DNA of 60,740 bases from a virus. Its lineage: Duplodnaviria > Caudoviricetes. Within the stretch, counting starts at the first letter, position 1. Every line of letters begins with the position of its first letter. Below the pieces are notes generated by a model. That model was not told where the DNA came from and did no database searches. It saw nothing but the letters and a program-made list of their open reading frames with translations. Made by a program: the position numbers and the translations under genes. The stretch spans positions 1 to 60,740 of the IMG/VR virus record IMGVR_UViG_3300044825_002458, one strand, 5' to 3'. Shown piece after piece: positions 46,611 through 55,709 of the stretch.

Positions 46611-47438
46611 ATGCTGAAGGCGATTGTCACCGAAGACGAGTTCAAGGCGCTGTCCGATTCGGACAAGGCCCACTACGTCAAGAAGAACGGCAAGTACCAC
46701 TTGTCCGTAGAGGGAGTGGACGGCTTCAAACTGGAAGACGTCAATGCCCTCAATACCGCGCTCGAGCGTGAACGTGAGAACTTCAAGGAGGCCAAGAAGG
46801 CCAAGGCCGATCTCGAAGCCAAGCTCGAAGGCTTGGACATCGACGAAGCCAAGCGACTCATCGAACGCAAGAAGAGCGGGAAGGGTGCGCCCGACGATGC
46901 CGAGCTCCAGTCCGCCATCGCACAAGCGATCGATAAGGAGCAGAAGGCCCATACCGCGACTAAGTCACAGCTCGAGCTGACTCGTAATCAGCTCAACCAC
47001 GTGATGATCGAGTCCGAGGCAATGGCCGCCATCGTGGCGGAAGAGGGGTTCCCCAATCTTCTGAAGCCGCATGTTACTGCACGGTGCAAGCTCATCGACC
47101 TCGAAGACGGGAAGGTTGCCGTCCGTGTGGTCGACGAGAAGGGCCAGGTGCGAATGAGCATGCTGCCGGACAACAATGGCCCAATGGGCATTCGCGAACT
47201 CGTTTCGTCGATGAAGAAGGACCCCACTTTCCAACCGGGGTTCAAAGGCAAGGGGGCTAATGGCCTTGGTCGAGACCCGGCGGGCGGTCCGCTGGGAGAT
47301 GTTTCGGATCTCTCGGCCGACCCCAAGAGCCCCAAGTTCAACTTGACGGAGCTCAGTAAGCTCCAAAAGAGCAATCCCGCCCAATACAAGAAGCTGCTCG
47401 ATGAATACCGAAGCAGCCAACGGGCGGCCGCTCACTAA
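46611..47438 (+). CDS. Capsid scaffolding protein
   Basis: Y....GKY.L.VEG...EDV..L..ALERER coiled coil; directly before MCP. Confidence 0.85.
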   Translation: MLKAIVTEDEFKALSDSDKAHYVKKNGKYHLSVEGVDGFKLEDVNALNTALERERENFKEAKKAKADLEAKLEGLDIDEAKRLIERKKSGKGAPDDAELQSAIAQAIDKEQKAHTATKSQLELTRNQLNHVMIESEAMAAIVAEEGFPNLLKPHVTARCKLIDLEDGKVAVRVVDEKGQVRMSMLPDNNGPMGIRELVSSMKKDPTFQPGFKGKGANGLGRDPAGGPLGDVSDLSADPKSPKFNLTELSKLQKSNPAQYKKLLDEYRSSQRAAAH

Positions 47439-47455
47439 CCACCGAGCAGAAAGTC

Positions 47456-48460
47456 ATGGCAATCACCCGTCTGTCCGATCTCATCGTCCCGGATGTCTTC
47501 CAGGACTACCTGAGCCTGATGTCCACCGAGAGGAACCGGCTGATCCAGTCCGGCATCGTCGGTCGAGACCCGCGCATCGATGCGCTTCTCGCCGGCGGTG
47601 GCCGAACGTTCAACCTGCCGTTCTGGAACGACCTGGCGAACACCGAAGCGAACGTCTCGACCGACGATCCGGCCGTGACCGCAACGGCTCAGCCCATCAC
47701 CACTGGCAAGGACGTGGCCATTCGCCACAACCGGAACCAGATGTGGGGCGCGGCCGATCTCGAGGCGGCTCTCGTCGGTGAAGATCCGATGGCGGAGATC
47801 ATCGGTAAGGTGTCCGGCTACTGGCGCCGTCAGGATCAGCGAACGCTCATCAACTCGCTCGTCGGCCTGTTCGCGGACAACGTCGCGAATGACTCGAGCG
47901 ACATGGTGAACTCGATCGCTCTCAAGGCCGCCGGCACTCCTGGTGCGTCGAACAAGATCTCGGCCGATGCAGTGCTCGACACCCGCCAGACGATGGGCGA
48001 TGCGGGCGACAACCTGGTCGCGATCGCCATGCACTCGGCGATCCTGACGTCCCTGAAGAAGCAGAACCTCATCTCGTTCATCCCCGCGAGCGATGGCAAG
48101 GTCAACTTCGCCACGTTCATGGGGCTGTTTGTCATCGAGGACGATGGCATCACCCCCTACACCGCTACGCAGACGGTGCATCGGGTGTTCCTGCTCGGCG
48201 CCGGTGCATTCCGCTGGGGCGAAGGCCGTCCGAAGGTCCCGGTCGAAGTCGAGCGTCAGGCCACCCAGGGCCGCGGCGCAGGCGTCGAGTACCTCGTGAG
48301 CCGTCGCGAGTACATCCTGCACCCGGCCGGCTACAAGTTCGTCCCGACGAGCATCGCCGGTCAGTCGCCCACGTGGGCGGAATTGGCCGCGGCCGCTCAG
48401 TGGGACCGCGTCTACGATCGCAAGCTGATCCCGCTGGCGATGCTCGAGGTCAACCCGTAG
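47456..48460 (+). CDS. Major capsid protein
   Basis: TRLSDLIVPDVF, GG..FNLPFWNDL, DPM..I...V..YW, MHS, LHP.G, WDRVYDRK; optimal codon bias. Confidence 0.92.
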   Translation: MAITRLSDLIVPDVFQDYLSLMSTERNRLIQSGIVGRDPRIDALLAGGGRTFNLPFWNDLANTEANVSTDDPAVTATAQPITTGKDVAIRHNRNQMWGAADLEAALVGEDPMAEIIGKVSGYWRRQDQRTLINSLVGLFADNVANDSSDMVNSIALKAAGTPGASNKISADAVLDTRQTMGDAGDNLVAIAMHSAILTSLKKQNLISFIPASDGKVNFATFMGLFVIEDDGITPYTATQTVHRVFLLGAGAFRWGEGRPKVPVEVERQATQGRGAGVEYLVSRREYILHPAGYKFVPTSIAGQSPTWAELAAAAQWDRVYDRKLIPLAMLEVNP

Positions 48461-48508
48461 TAGGTAGTGACCCCGAGGCCGGTGGGTCAGACAACGCAGA
48501 GGGCCCAA

Positions 48509-48544
48509 GCCTCGGGCGTCAACAGTGACGCTCGGGGCTTGTTT
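48509..48544 (+). terminator. Rho-independent terminator after MCP
   Basis: GCCTCGGGCGTC-loop-GACGCTCGGGGC-TTGTTT. Confidence 0.7.
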
Positions 48545-48583
48545 CGTTCACCCAGACCCAAAACTCCAAACCCAAATCTACCA

Positions 48584-48925
48584 ATGAGCAAGAAGAATCG
48601 CAAGAACCCAGCAGATGAAGTCGATCCGCTGCTGGATCCCGAGGTCGAGACCGAAGTTGAGACCGAGACCGAAGATCCTGCGCCGGACCCCGAGAACCAG
48701 GCCCAGGCTGACGAACCTCGCGAATTGACACTCGCCGAGATCAACGCGATCCATCGCGAAGCCGATCGTCAAGCTCGTGAGGCCAAGACCAAGGGGCTCT
48801 CGGACGCCGAGCTCATCATCCACAACGCCAACGAGGAAGCCGGCAAGATCATTTCCGCAGCGAAGATTCGTGCCGACGGCATCATCCAGGCCGCACTGAT
48901 GCAGGCCTCACAGTCCACTAAGTAG
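48584..48925 (+). CDS. Hypothetical acidic protein
   Basis: ATG after an AC-rich leader. Confidence 0.6.
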   Translation: MSKKNRKNPADEVDPLLDPEVETEVETETEDPAPDPENQAQADEPRELTLAEINAIHREADRQAREAKTKGLSDAELIIHNANEEAGKIISAAKIRADGIIQAALMQASQSTK

Positions 48926-48932
48926 CACTCCG

Positions 48933-51900
48933 ATGACCGACTACACTCACTACTACCTCATTGTCGGCGACGGCCACATCAAGGGACGGCGAAGCCCGAC
49001 CATGGTGGATCCTGTCGTCGGTGTAACGCTTACGCACCTCGGCCCGACCCAACCGGTCGTGAACACAATCGGGCGAGGCGCGACCAGCGGCGCTGTGATG
49101 CGAGTCACCAAGATTCACAGCACAAGCCTTGTTGAGGGAGAAGCGATCGTAGCGGTCTCGATTAGTGCCTTCATCCCGGGTGAGACCATCAACTGGGACA
49201 GCGGTGGGTCGGCGACGGTCGGGGTCTTCGTGCAGGCCAGCGACGTCCCGCAGACCGCGCAGTACGCGCCCGAGCGCTACGATGCGATCACCAACGCTCA
49301 AACGCCGAGCGATGCGTCCGATACACCATGGTGGGATCAAGGCGCAAAACTGGCGCGAACCATCACTGTAGCCTCTGGGTTCACCGGCACGTTCGTCAAG
49401 GGAGATCGGTGCACCTGCACGTCGGGCGCGGCGTTCACGGTGCTCAAGGTCACGGCCGGCGCCGGCGGCACGCTCAACCTCTACGTGATGCGCGTCACGG
49501 GCTCGCCCGTCGTGAGCGACGTCATCACGAACACGACGCGGGCCGGATCCGGGACCATCGCCGCGGTGCAGTCGGATACCCCAACCGGTGCCTGGGTCCA
49601 GCACCACTGCCTGCCGAACATCGGCGGTGCTGGCGCTGACCTCTACGAGGTGATCCCGAACGGCAACGCAACGTCTCGCGTAACTAACCTGAAGCCCGGT
49701 CTCGGTCTTGACATCTGGGTAACACAGCAGGCGTTCGCCAAGCACAATGCATCCGCCTCTGGAGCGGATCGCGGTGCTCGTGTGCTCACCTATTCGACGT
49801 TCGACCAGAACACAAGCGGCGTCGATGGGAACCTCGGCGGCGTCACGATCCAGACCGTGAAATGCACCGGTACCTTCGGCAACACCTGGGTGATTGGCGA
49901 GACGGTCACGTCCGGTAGCTGGAGCGCCGTCGTCCACGGATTCAGCGAATCGAACAAGTACGTCTTCGTGCGACGCACCAACGGCGAGACGTTGGCCGCT
50001 GGTACTATCACCGGTTCAACGAGCGGAACTACGGCAACGGCCACCGGGCCCGCTTATGGGTGGCAACCCGGCAGCCTCTACTGGAACCAGTTCTGGGCGC
50101 AGCACGCGGCGGCCACCGGCGCCAGCAACGCTCTCCGTTCCGGTAGCCCCATCAAATACGAACACCTCGCGGCCATGATGTGGGAGACCGAAATTGGCCC
50201 GATCAACTCGGCCATCGGCGCCCCATGGCCGACCGAGACTCAAGTTGTGCAGGAGTGGGAGTCGTGGATCACCGCGATGCGAACGGCGCTCGGCCGACCT
50301 GACCTCCCGGTGTCATTGCTGAACATGGACGTCCGGTCGCAAGGCGGCACAATCTTCGGCGTCCCGTTCAGCTACTTCTTGCGCAGCGTCCAAGTTACGA
50401 TGCGCGACCAGATCCCAGGCATTATCCTGGTAAGTACTGATGGCTTCCAGCCAGGCACTACTGCATCGACCAATCCATCGACTCTGTTGGTCTATCGAAC
50501 TGAGGACTACATCGAACTTGGTCGTCGCCTGTGGCGCGCGATGGAGTACGCGGAATGGATCCCCGGTACTGGTAACTTTGAGCCGTTGCCAATTGTACTC
50601 GTCCTTGGTCAGTCTCAAGCCGTGAGTGCAATCCCCGGCACATTCATGGCGCTTGACTTGGACCCCGATCTCTACCCGTCCGCTTACTTCCCGGGCGTCA
50701 GTACGATCGACCCAGACGTGTGGATCTGGAATGCCAACGACCTCGTAAAGTCGTGGGAGAACCTGGACTGCGCAACAAACGGGAACACATTCTTCGGTCA
50801 AGCGCCCGGTACATTCTCGGGCATCACTACGGTATTGGCGCAGCGATTCAAGCGGCGCTTCTCAAACGATGATGGGTCGGCTCAGGTGGCTTTCATCCAC
50901 CTTCCGGTCTCAAGCGCCAGCGCATACGGCGGTGCACCGGTGCCGTGGACGTTCGATCCGCAGATCACTGGCCAGCAACAAGTCTCTGGTAACTACACAG
51001 TCACTGCTTACGCCGCAAGTGGTAGCAATCCTGCCAGAGGTCGGTTCACTGCAACCACAGGAACGTTCGCTGGATGGGATGTTGGCGGATACGTCAATGT
51101 CGCAGGTAGCGCGCTTGGTTTGCTAGGCGCAGGAGGCAACAACCACGCTAACTACAACAACGCTCAGATCTATGCTATCTCAGGTGACGGCTCATGGATC
51201 GAAATCATCGGAGCGTTTGTCAATGAGGGGCCCGAAAGCTTCACCCTGTCTTACGGACCATGGGCGTTGTGGCCTCTGGCCGAGGCGCAGATCGAGGCCG
51301 CGCTGGAGAAGTGCGTCACGCAGCTTAGGCGGATCCCGAGGCCGGCTGGGTGGGTGTGGTGGAACGGCGAGAGCGATGTTTCGGTAAGCGAGTTCTACCA
51401 AGCCGCGCTCAATCGAATCATCGAGCGCATCGACCTCGTCTTCGGGATGCGCGTGAAGGGTGACGGTCCGATCCCCGGGGCGCTTCTGGAGCTGACGCCG
51501 AACACGCCGGTCGGAACGGATGAGCAGGTCACGGCTATCATCGCGGCGCAGCGCGCCATTGCCGCGGCGCGTCCAAACACGGTCTCAATCGACACCAGCA
51601 AGCTACCGTTGCAGATCAGCGGGACCGCATGGCCTCGGACTACGCGGCAGCAGAACGGCATTCACCACACGATGCGTGGCTACCTGATGGCCGGCTACAT
51701 GACCGATAAAGCCATGGGAACGCTGACGGGTATTCCTGAACACCCCGACGGTGATGCCGCCGTCGACTTCGGCGCGGTCGGCGGCGGATACACTTCTGGC
51801 GCCGGTACCGATACTATTGGCACTGACAGCACCCTGATTATCGAAGATGGATCAGGTGTGGATGGGGCCAATGCATTCTTCGATACTCCGTATGTGGACG

Positions 51901-52349
51901 CCTACAATGACAACCACGACCAGGTTACTGAGTGGGCGGCCGGCAGCGTAGATGACAAACAGAAGTGGATCAGGCAAGGCACCGCATATGTGGCTAGGCA
52001 GTACGCTTCAAGATGGCCCGGTGTTAGGGCCTATCAAAATCAGTCACTCCCGTGGCCAAGATACGGAGTGGTCGACTCTGACGGCTATGCCGTGTCATCC
52101 TCGTCCATCCCCGTCGGTATCCTCGAGGCATGCGCGGAAGCTTCCGTTAAGGCTGCGAGCGGGGCGCTATTCCTGACCGACGAAGCCGGCGGGTCAAACC
52201 TGCAGAGTGAAACCCTGACATTGGATGTGCTCACCCTTTCTAGCGTGTTTGTCGGATCGAAGGGTAATCAAACTCGGTTTGTCTCCATCGATCAAATCCT
52301 AATGGCCGCCGGGCTTATCAATGCCGGACTGAGAGTGAGGAGGTCATAA
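48933..52349 (+). CDS. Head-tail adaptor (DnaT-like) fused to SGNH/sialate-O-acetylesterase-like domains
   Basis: C-terminal LIIEDGSGV.GAN.F...WPG.R....Q.LPWPR....IP..I..ACAE; internal VLGQSQ, WWNGESD, NGIHHT. Confidence 0.75.
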   Translation: MTDYTHYYLIVGDGHIKGRRSPTMVDPVVGVTLTHLGPTQPVVNTIGRGATSGAVMRVTKIHSTSLVEGEAIVAVSISAFIPGETINWDSGGSATVGVFVQASDVPQTAQYAPERYDAITNAQTPSDASDTPWWDQGAKLARTITVASGFTGTFVKGDRCTCTSGAAFTVLKVTAGAGGTLNLYVMRVTGSPVVSDVITNTTRAGSGTIAAVQSDTPTGAWVQHHCLPNIGGAGADLYEVIPNGNATSRVTNLKPGLGLDIWVTQQAFAKHNASASGADRGARVLTYSTFDQNTSGVDGNLGGVTIQTVKCTGTFGNTWVIGETVTSGSWSAVVHGFSESNKYVFVRRTNGETLAAGTITGSTSGTTATATGPAYGWQPGSLYWNQFWAQHAAATGASNALRSGSPIKYEHLAAMMWETEIGPINSAIGAPWPTETQVVQEWESWITAMRTALGRPDLPVSLLNMDVRSQGGTIFGVPFSYFLRSVQVTMRDQIPGIILVSTDGFQPGTTASTNPSTLLVYRTEDYIELGRRLWRAMEYAEWIPGTGNFEPLPIVLVLGQSQAVSAIPGTFMALDLDPDLYPSAYFPGVSTIDPDVWIWNANDLVKSWENLDCATNGNTFFGQAPGTFSGITTVLAQRFKRRFSNDDGSAQVAFIHLPVSSASAYGGAPVPWTFDPQITGQQQVSGNYTVTAYAASGSNPARGRFTATTGTFAGWDVGGYVNVAGSALGLLGAGGNNHANYNNAQIYAISGDGSWIEIIGAFVNEGPESFTLSYGPWALWPLAEAQIEAALEKCVTQLRRIPRPAGWVWWNGESDVSVSEFYQAALNRIIERIDLVFGMRVKGDGPIPGALLELTPNTPVGTDEQVTAIIAAQRAIAAARPNTVSIDTSKLPLQISGTAWPRTTRQQNGIHHTMRGYLMAGYMTDKAMGTLTGIPEHPDGDAAVDFGAVGGGYTSGAGTDTIGTDSTLIIEDGSGVDGANAFFDTPYVDAYNDNHDQVTEWAAGSVDDKQKWIRQGTAYVARQYASRWPGVRAYQNQSLPWPRYGVVDSDGYAVSSSSIPVGILEACAEASVKAASGALFLTDEAGGSNLQSETLTLDVLTLSSVFVGSKGNQTRFVSIDQILMAAGLINAGLRVRRS

Positions 52350-52350
52350 C

Positions 52351-52752
52351 ATGACCACCGAGTTGGATAGGAAACTTGCCAACAAAGTCGAACTTGCGCT
52401 TCGACGGGTTGGAATATCCGCGTCATTGGTCACGGTTGTTCGATCTTACAACCCGTTAACAAGCCGTACCACTACGACCGAGACAACCACCACCATCATT
52501 TGCACACCACCCGTCGGCTGCATCGTGAACAGAGGGACTCTCCCAGCGTCAGCGGAAGGTAATCAGTCTGCGCAGTCGACGGGTCTCCGTATCATCACCA
52601 CTCCGAGCTTGATGAGTAACGTTAGCCCACATATCGGAGATACCGTGATTATCTCAAGCCGCCGGTACCGCATCACATCGTATGAGCCGATCTACTCTGG
52701 CGACTTCCTACAGCTCTATAAGATCTACTTGATCGGCGTCAATGGCATCTAA
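52351..52752 (+). CDS. Head-closure protein
   Basis: YNP.T, P.IGD.V....RY.I....PI.SG....LY; position after the adaptor. Confidence 0.7.
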   Translation: MTTELDRKLANKVELALRRVGISASLVTVVRSYNPLTSRTTTTETTTTIICTPPVGCIVNRGTLPASAEGNQSAQSTGLRIITTPSLMSNVSPHIGDTVIISSRRYRITSYEPIYSGDFLQLYKIYLIGVNGI

Positions 52753-53230
52753 CTACAGAGCATGGAGCAAGCACATCCGGCTCTATGGCCAAGAGGTTAG
52801 AGGCCGAGTAAAGAGGTTCCACGGAGCTAGGTTCCTTCAGCTGGTTCGGATGGTGCTCAAGCAAACACCGAAGGATACTAGGCGAACAGTCGGTGAGTGG
52901 CAGGCAAGCGCTTACTTCCCAAAGACAGGGCTAGTCGGACACGTCCGCCCAATGTCCGAGGTCATTCAAGAAGCCCAGCAAGTTGTAGCTACCATGAACC
53001 CATTTAGTCGGACATGGTTAGTTAACAATATGAAGCATATCCGAATCCTTGAGTATGGACTGTTCATACCAAGGAATCCGGGACCGTCCAAAGATCGCCG
53101 ACCTCATCGATTTGGTAAGGTGTGGGTGGTCAATGGGTTCTCTATCCAAGCACCAAACGGTATTGTCCGCCCCGTGCTCGAATCACTTAACTCAGGTGTC
53201 GGCTCGTCATTCAAGATCAGCGGAGATTAG
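52742..53230 (+). CDS. Neck/tail-completion protein (HK97 gp10-like)
   Basis: TPKDT.R...WQ, NNM.HI..LEYG, S.QAP.GIVR. Confidence 0.8.
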   Translation: MASNYRAWSKHIRLYGQEVRGRVKRFHGARFLQLVRMVLKQTPKDTRRTVGEWQASAYFPKTGLVGHVRPMSEVIQEAQQVVATMNPFSRTWLVNNMKHIRILEYGLFIPRNPGPSKDRRPHRFGKVWVVNGFSIQAPNGIVRPVLESLNSGVGSSFKISGD

Positions 53231-53284
53231 TAGGTCTAGCGCAATCTGGGTTTGGGGGCGGGCCGACACCCCTCAACAACTAAA

Positions 53285-53710
53285 ATGGGCACTCATACTG
53301 AACTCACTAACTCCATCCAATCGCGATGGAAGACCCTGGTCGAAGATGCAATGAGCGTCCCGACTAAGTATCCAAACGTAGTATGGGTACCGCCCGATAC
53401 CGGCGAAGTGTGGGCTGACATCACAATTACAGTGGCCGCATCCGACCAGATCGACCTCGGCACTGAGGATCGAACCGTAAGGCATGTGGGCTTTGGTAAC
53501 GTCAACCTGTATTTCCAACAGGGTGGAACCTCTACCGCTCCACAAGAGCTCGTGGATCAGATCGTACCACTATTCAGAATGCTCACCGTGACAACCGAGA
53601 GCGAACTTGGTATTGTATTCCGTGTGCCTCGCGTAGCCGTCATCGGTGACTACCAACAGTGGTATGTCATTAACCTTACCCTTCCCTTTTACCTGGACGA
53701 GGTAGCCTAG
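53285..53710 (+). CDS. Tail terminator protein
   Basis: YPNV...PP....W, R..G...V.L....G.G, WY.INL..PF. Confidence 0.75.
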   Translation: MGTHTELTNSIQSRWKTLVEDAMSVPTKYPNVVWVPPDTGEVWADITITVAASDQIDLGTEDRTVRHVGFGNVNLYFQQGGTSTAPQELVDQIVPLFRMLTVTTESELGIVFRVPRVAVIGDYQQWYVINLTLPFYLDEVA

Positions 53711-53712
53711 TC

Positions 53713-54903
53713 ATGTCACAGATCGCAAGCGCATCAGTCACCCGCCTTGCCCGAGCGAAGGAGAGTACCTACGCAACGGCCCCCACCACCGGCTCCGCGT
53801 ATACCAAGATGCGGTATACTGGTGAGTCGCTGAGTCAGGAAGTTCAAACCGCCACCAGTAACGAGATCAACGACGACCGCCAGACGTCTGACTTGATCCG
53901 CACCGACCTCGGTGCAGCCGGCGGCATCAACTTCGAGTTCAGCTACGGTACCTACGACCTGGAGCTCCTGGCGCTCCTCCACGAGGACACCGGAGACTGG
54001 GTCGCGGGTGCCACCCACAACCTGGCATCTTGCAACATCACCGGCGGAAATGCACTGTCGGGCGACTGGAGCTCGTTGACCGCCCACGCTGGCAAGTTCG
54101 CTCGCATCGTTGTCCGCGCAGCGGGCCCCGGCGCCATCGAACAAACGGTGATCGCCAAGCTGAGCACAGCTACGGCGGGTGGTGCCACACTCACGCTGAT
54201 GGAAACCGCGCTGACCAACGTCACTGGCAAGGACGTCACGGTCACCGTGATGAAGATGGCCACGAACGGTGTCACCCGTCAATCGTTCACCTACGAGAGA
54301 TTCTTCTCAGACGCTGAAGGCGGCACTGGCAACTACGCCTACAACAAGGGCTATACGCCCAACTCGATCAGCCTCTCAATCTCCGCAGGGGCAATCATCA
54401 CTGGTTCCATCGAGTTCATCGGCTCGATCGAAACCGCCGAAACCGCCGCGCTGTGGACCGGCTCGCAGAACGCGGCGACCACCACCAAGGTGATGAACGG
54501 CATCGATCACGTGGAGGCAGTGCTCGAAGGCGGATCGGGGTTCAGGTTCTCGCGCCTCGATCTGACCATCGGCAACAACATCAACGCTCACAAGGCCGTC
54601 TCGATTCTCGGCGCATTCGAGCTGACCAGCGGCCAGCTTGCAGTGTCGGGGTCGGTGAGCGCATACTTCAACACCAAGGCTCAGTTCGACAAGTTCTTGA
54701 ACTTCGTGGATACCAACCTTGTGTTGATGTTCCGTGACCAAACCGGTAACGAATACGTCCTTGAGATCCCGGACGTGAAGTTCACCGCCGGCAAGCGCAA
54801 CGCCGCGGGCATCAACCAACCAGTCATCGCCGAGCTCTCATTCGGTGCCATCAAGGACCCGACGATCGGCAAGACTCTCCGACTGTTCGCGCTCGACGCC
54901 TAG
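53713..54903 (+). CDS. Major tail tube protein
   Basis: ESTY...P, MRYTGESL, SNEI..DRQ, GGINFEFS, VSGSVSAYF. Confidence 0.88.
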   Translation: MSQIASASVTRLARAKESTYATAPTTGSAYTKMRYTGESLSQEVQTATSNEINDDRQTSDLIRTDLGAAGGINFEFSYGTYDLELLALLHEDTGDWVAGATHNLASCNITGGNALSGDWSSLTAHAGKFARIVVRAAGPGAIEQTVIAKLSTATAGGATLTLMETALTNVTGKDVTVTVMKMATNGVTRQSFTYERFFSDAEGGTGNYAYNKGYTPNSISLSISAGAIITGSIEFIGSIETAETAALWTGSQNAATTTKVMNGIDHVEAVLEGGSGFRFSRLDLTIGNNINAHKAVSILGAFELTSGQLAVSGSVSAYFNTKAQFDKFLNFVDTNLVLMFRDQTGNEYVLEIPDVKFTAGKRNAAGINQPVIAELSFGAIKDPTIGKTLRLFALDA

Positions 54904-54942
54904 TAACGTCGGGCTCTCCCAAACCCAAACCCAATCACTACT

Positions 54943-55371
54943 ATGCCAAGCCTGAAGAACACTCTCCTCAACATCGAAGCCCTGGACGATGGCGTCTGGC
55001 AGACCTTCTACACCGATCCCGAGACGGGGTTGGAGATTCGTGCCAAGGTTGCGTCGGCGACTTCGCCGAACTACACCAAGGCCGTTTCGAAGATCACCCG
55101 TCGGTATCGATCCGAGCTTCGGGGAGTCGGGCAGAACATCCCGGCTGAGCTGATGAACAAGATCCAACGTGAGGCCGCGGGAGAAGCACTGCTTACCGAC
55201 TGGACCGGGATCGAAGACGACAATGGTACTACGATCACCTTCTCGAAGGAGAAGGCGATCGAGTTCATGACCGATCGAGCCTACACCGAGTTCTTCGAAT
55301 GGGTCACTGAAGTGGCCAGCAATCGATCGCTGTTCCGCAAGGAAGCAATCGATCACGCCGCAAAAAACTGA
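54943..55371 (+). CDS. Tail assembly chaperone (gpG-like)
   Basis: LLTDWTGI.D..G..I.FS.E.A; between tube and TMP. Confidence 0.85.
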   Translation: MPSLKNTLLNIEALDDGVWQTFYTDPETGLEIRAKVASATSPNYTKAVSKITRRYRSELRGVGQNIPAELMNKIQREAAGEALLTDWTGIEDDNGTTITFSKEKAIEFMTDRAYTEFFEWVTEVASNRSLFRKEAIDHAAKN

Positions 55372-55709
55372 TAGCGCGCTTCGCCTGGGAGCTCGAGTGG
55401 CTCCGAGACGAAGCGCTGCTCATACTCCTTGAGAACGAACAGGAAAATGGTCGTGAAGTCCCCGAGGATTTTGCAAACCCACCTGAGGTTCAATGGGAGT
55501 ATGTCCACTACTGGAGCTTCTTCATTACGCTCCACAACTTTCGACACAGCGCACAAGTACCAATCGCGCTGCACGACATTGAAGCTTTGCTCAACATCAG
55601 CGGTGTTAGCGACCCCGAAGATCGGATGGACTACACCACGATTGTCAGCCAAGTCGATGTCCACTTTCGTACCAAGCTGTTACCGAAGTACACGAGCGAA
55701 AACAAATGA
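55362..55709 (+). CDS. -1 frameshift extension of the tail chaperone (gpGT-like)
   Basis: Slippery A_AAA_AAC at 55362-68 just before the stop; -1 frame open (KLIARFAWELEW...PPEV..YWSFF..L...R...PI...IE...VSQVD) to a TGA overlapping the TMP ATG. Confidence 0.8.
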   Translation, partial: KKLIARFAWELEWLRDEALLILLENEQENGREVPEDFANPPEVQWEYVHYWSFFITLHNFRHSAQVPIALHDIEALLNISGVSDPEDRMDYTTIVSQVDVHFRTKLLPKYTSENK

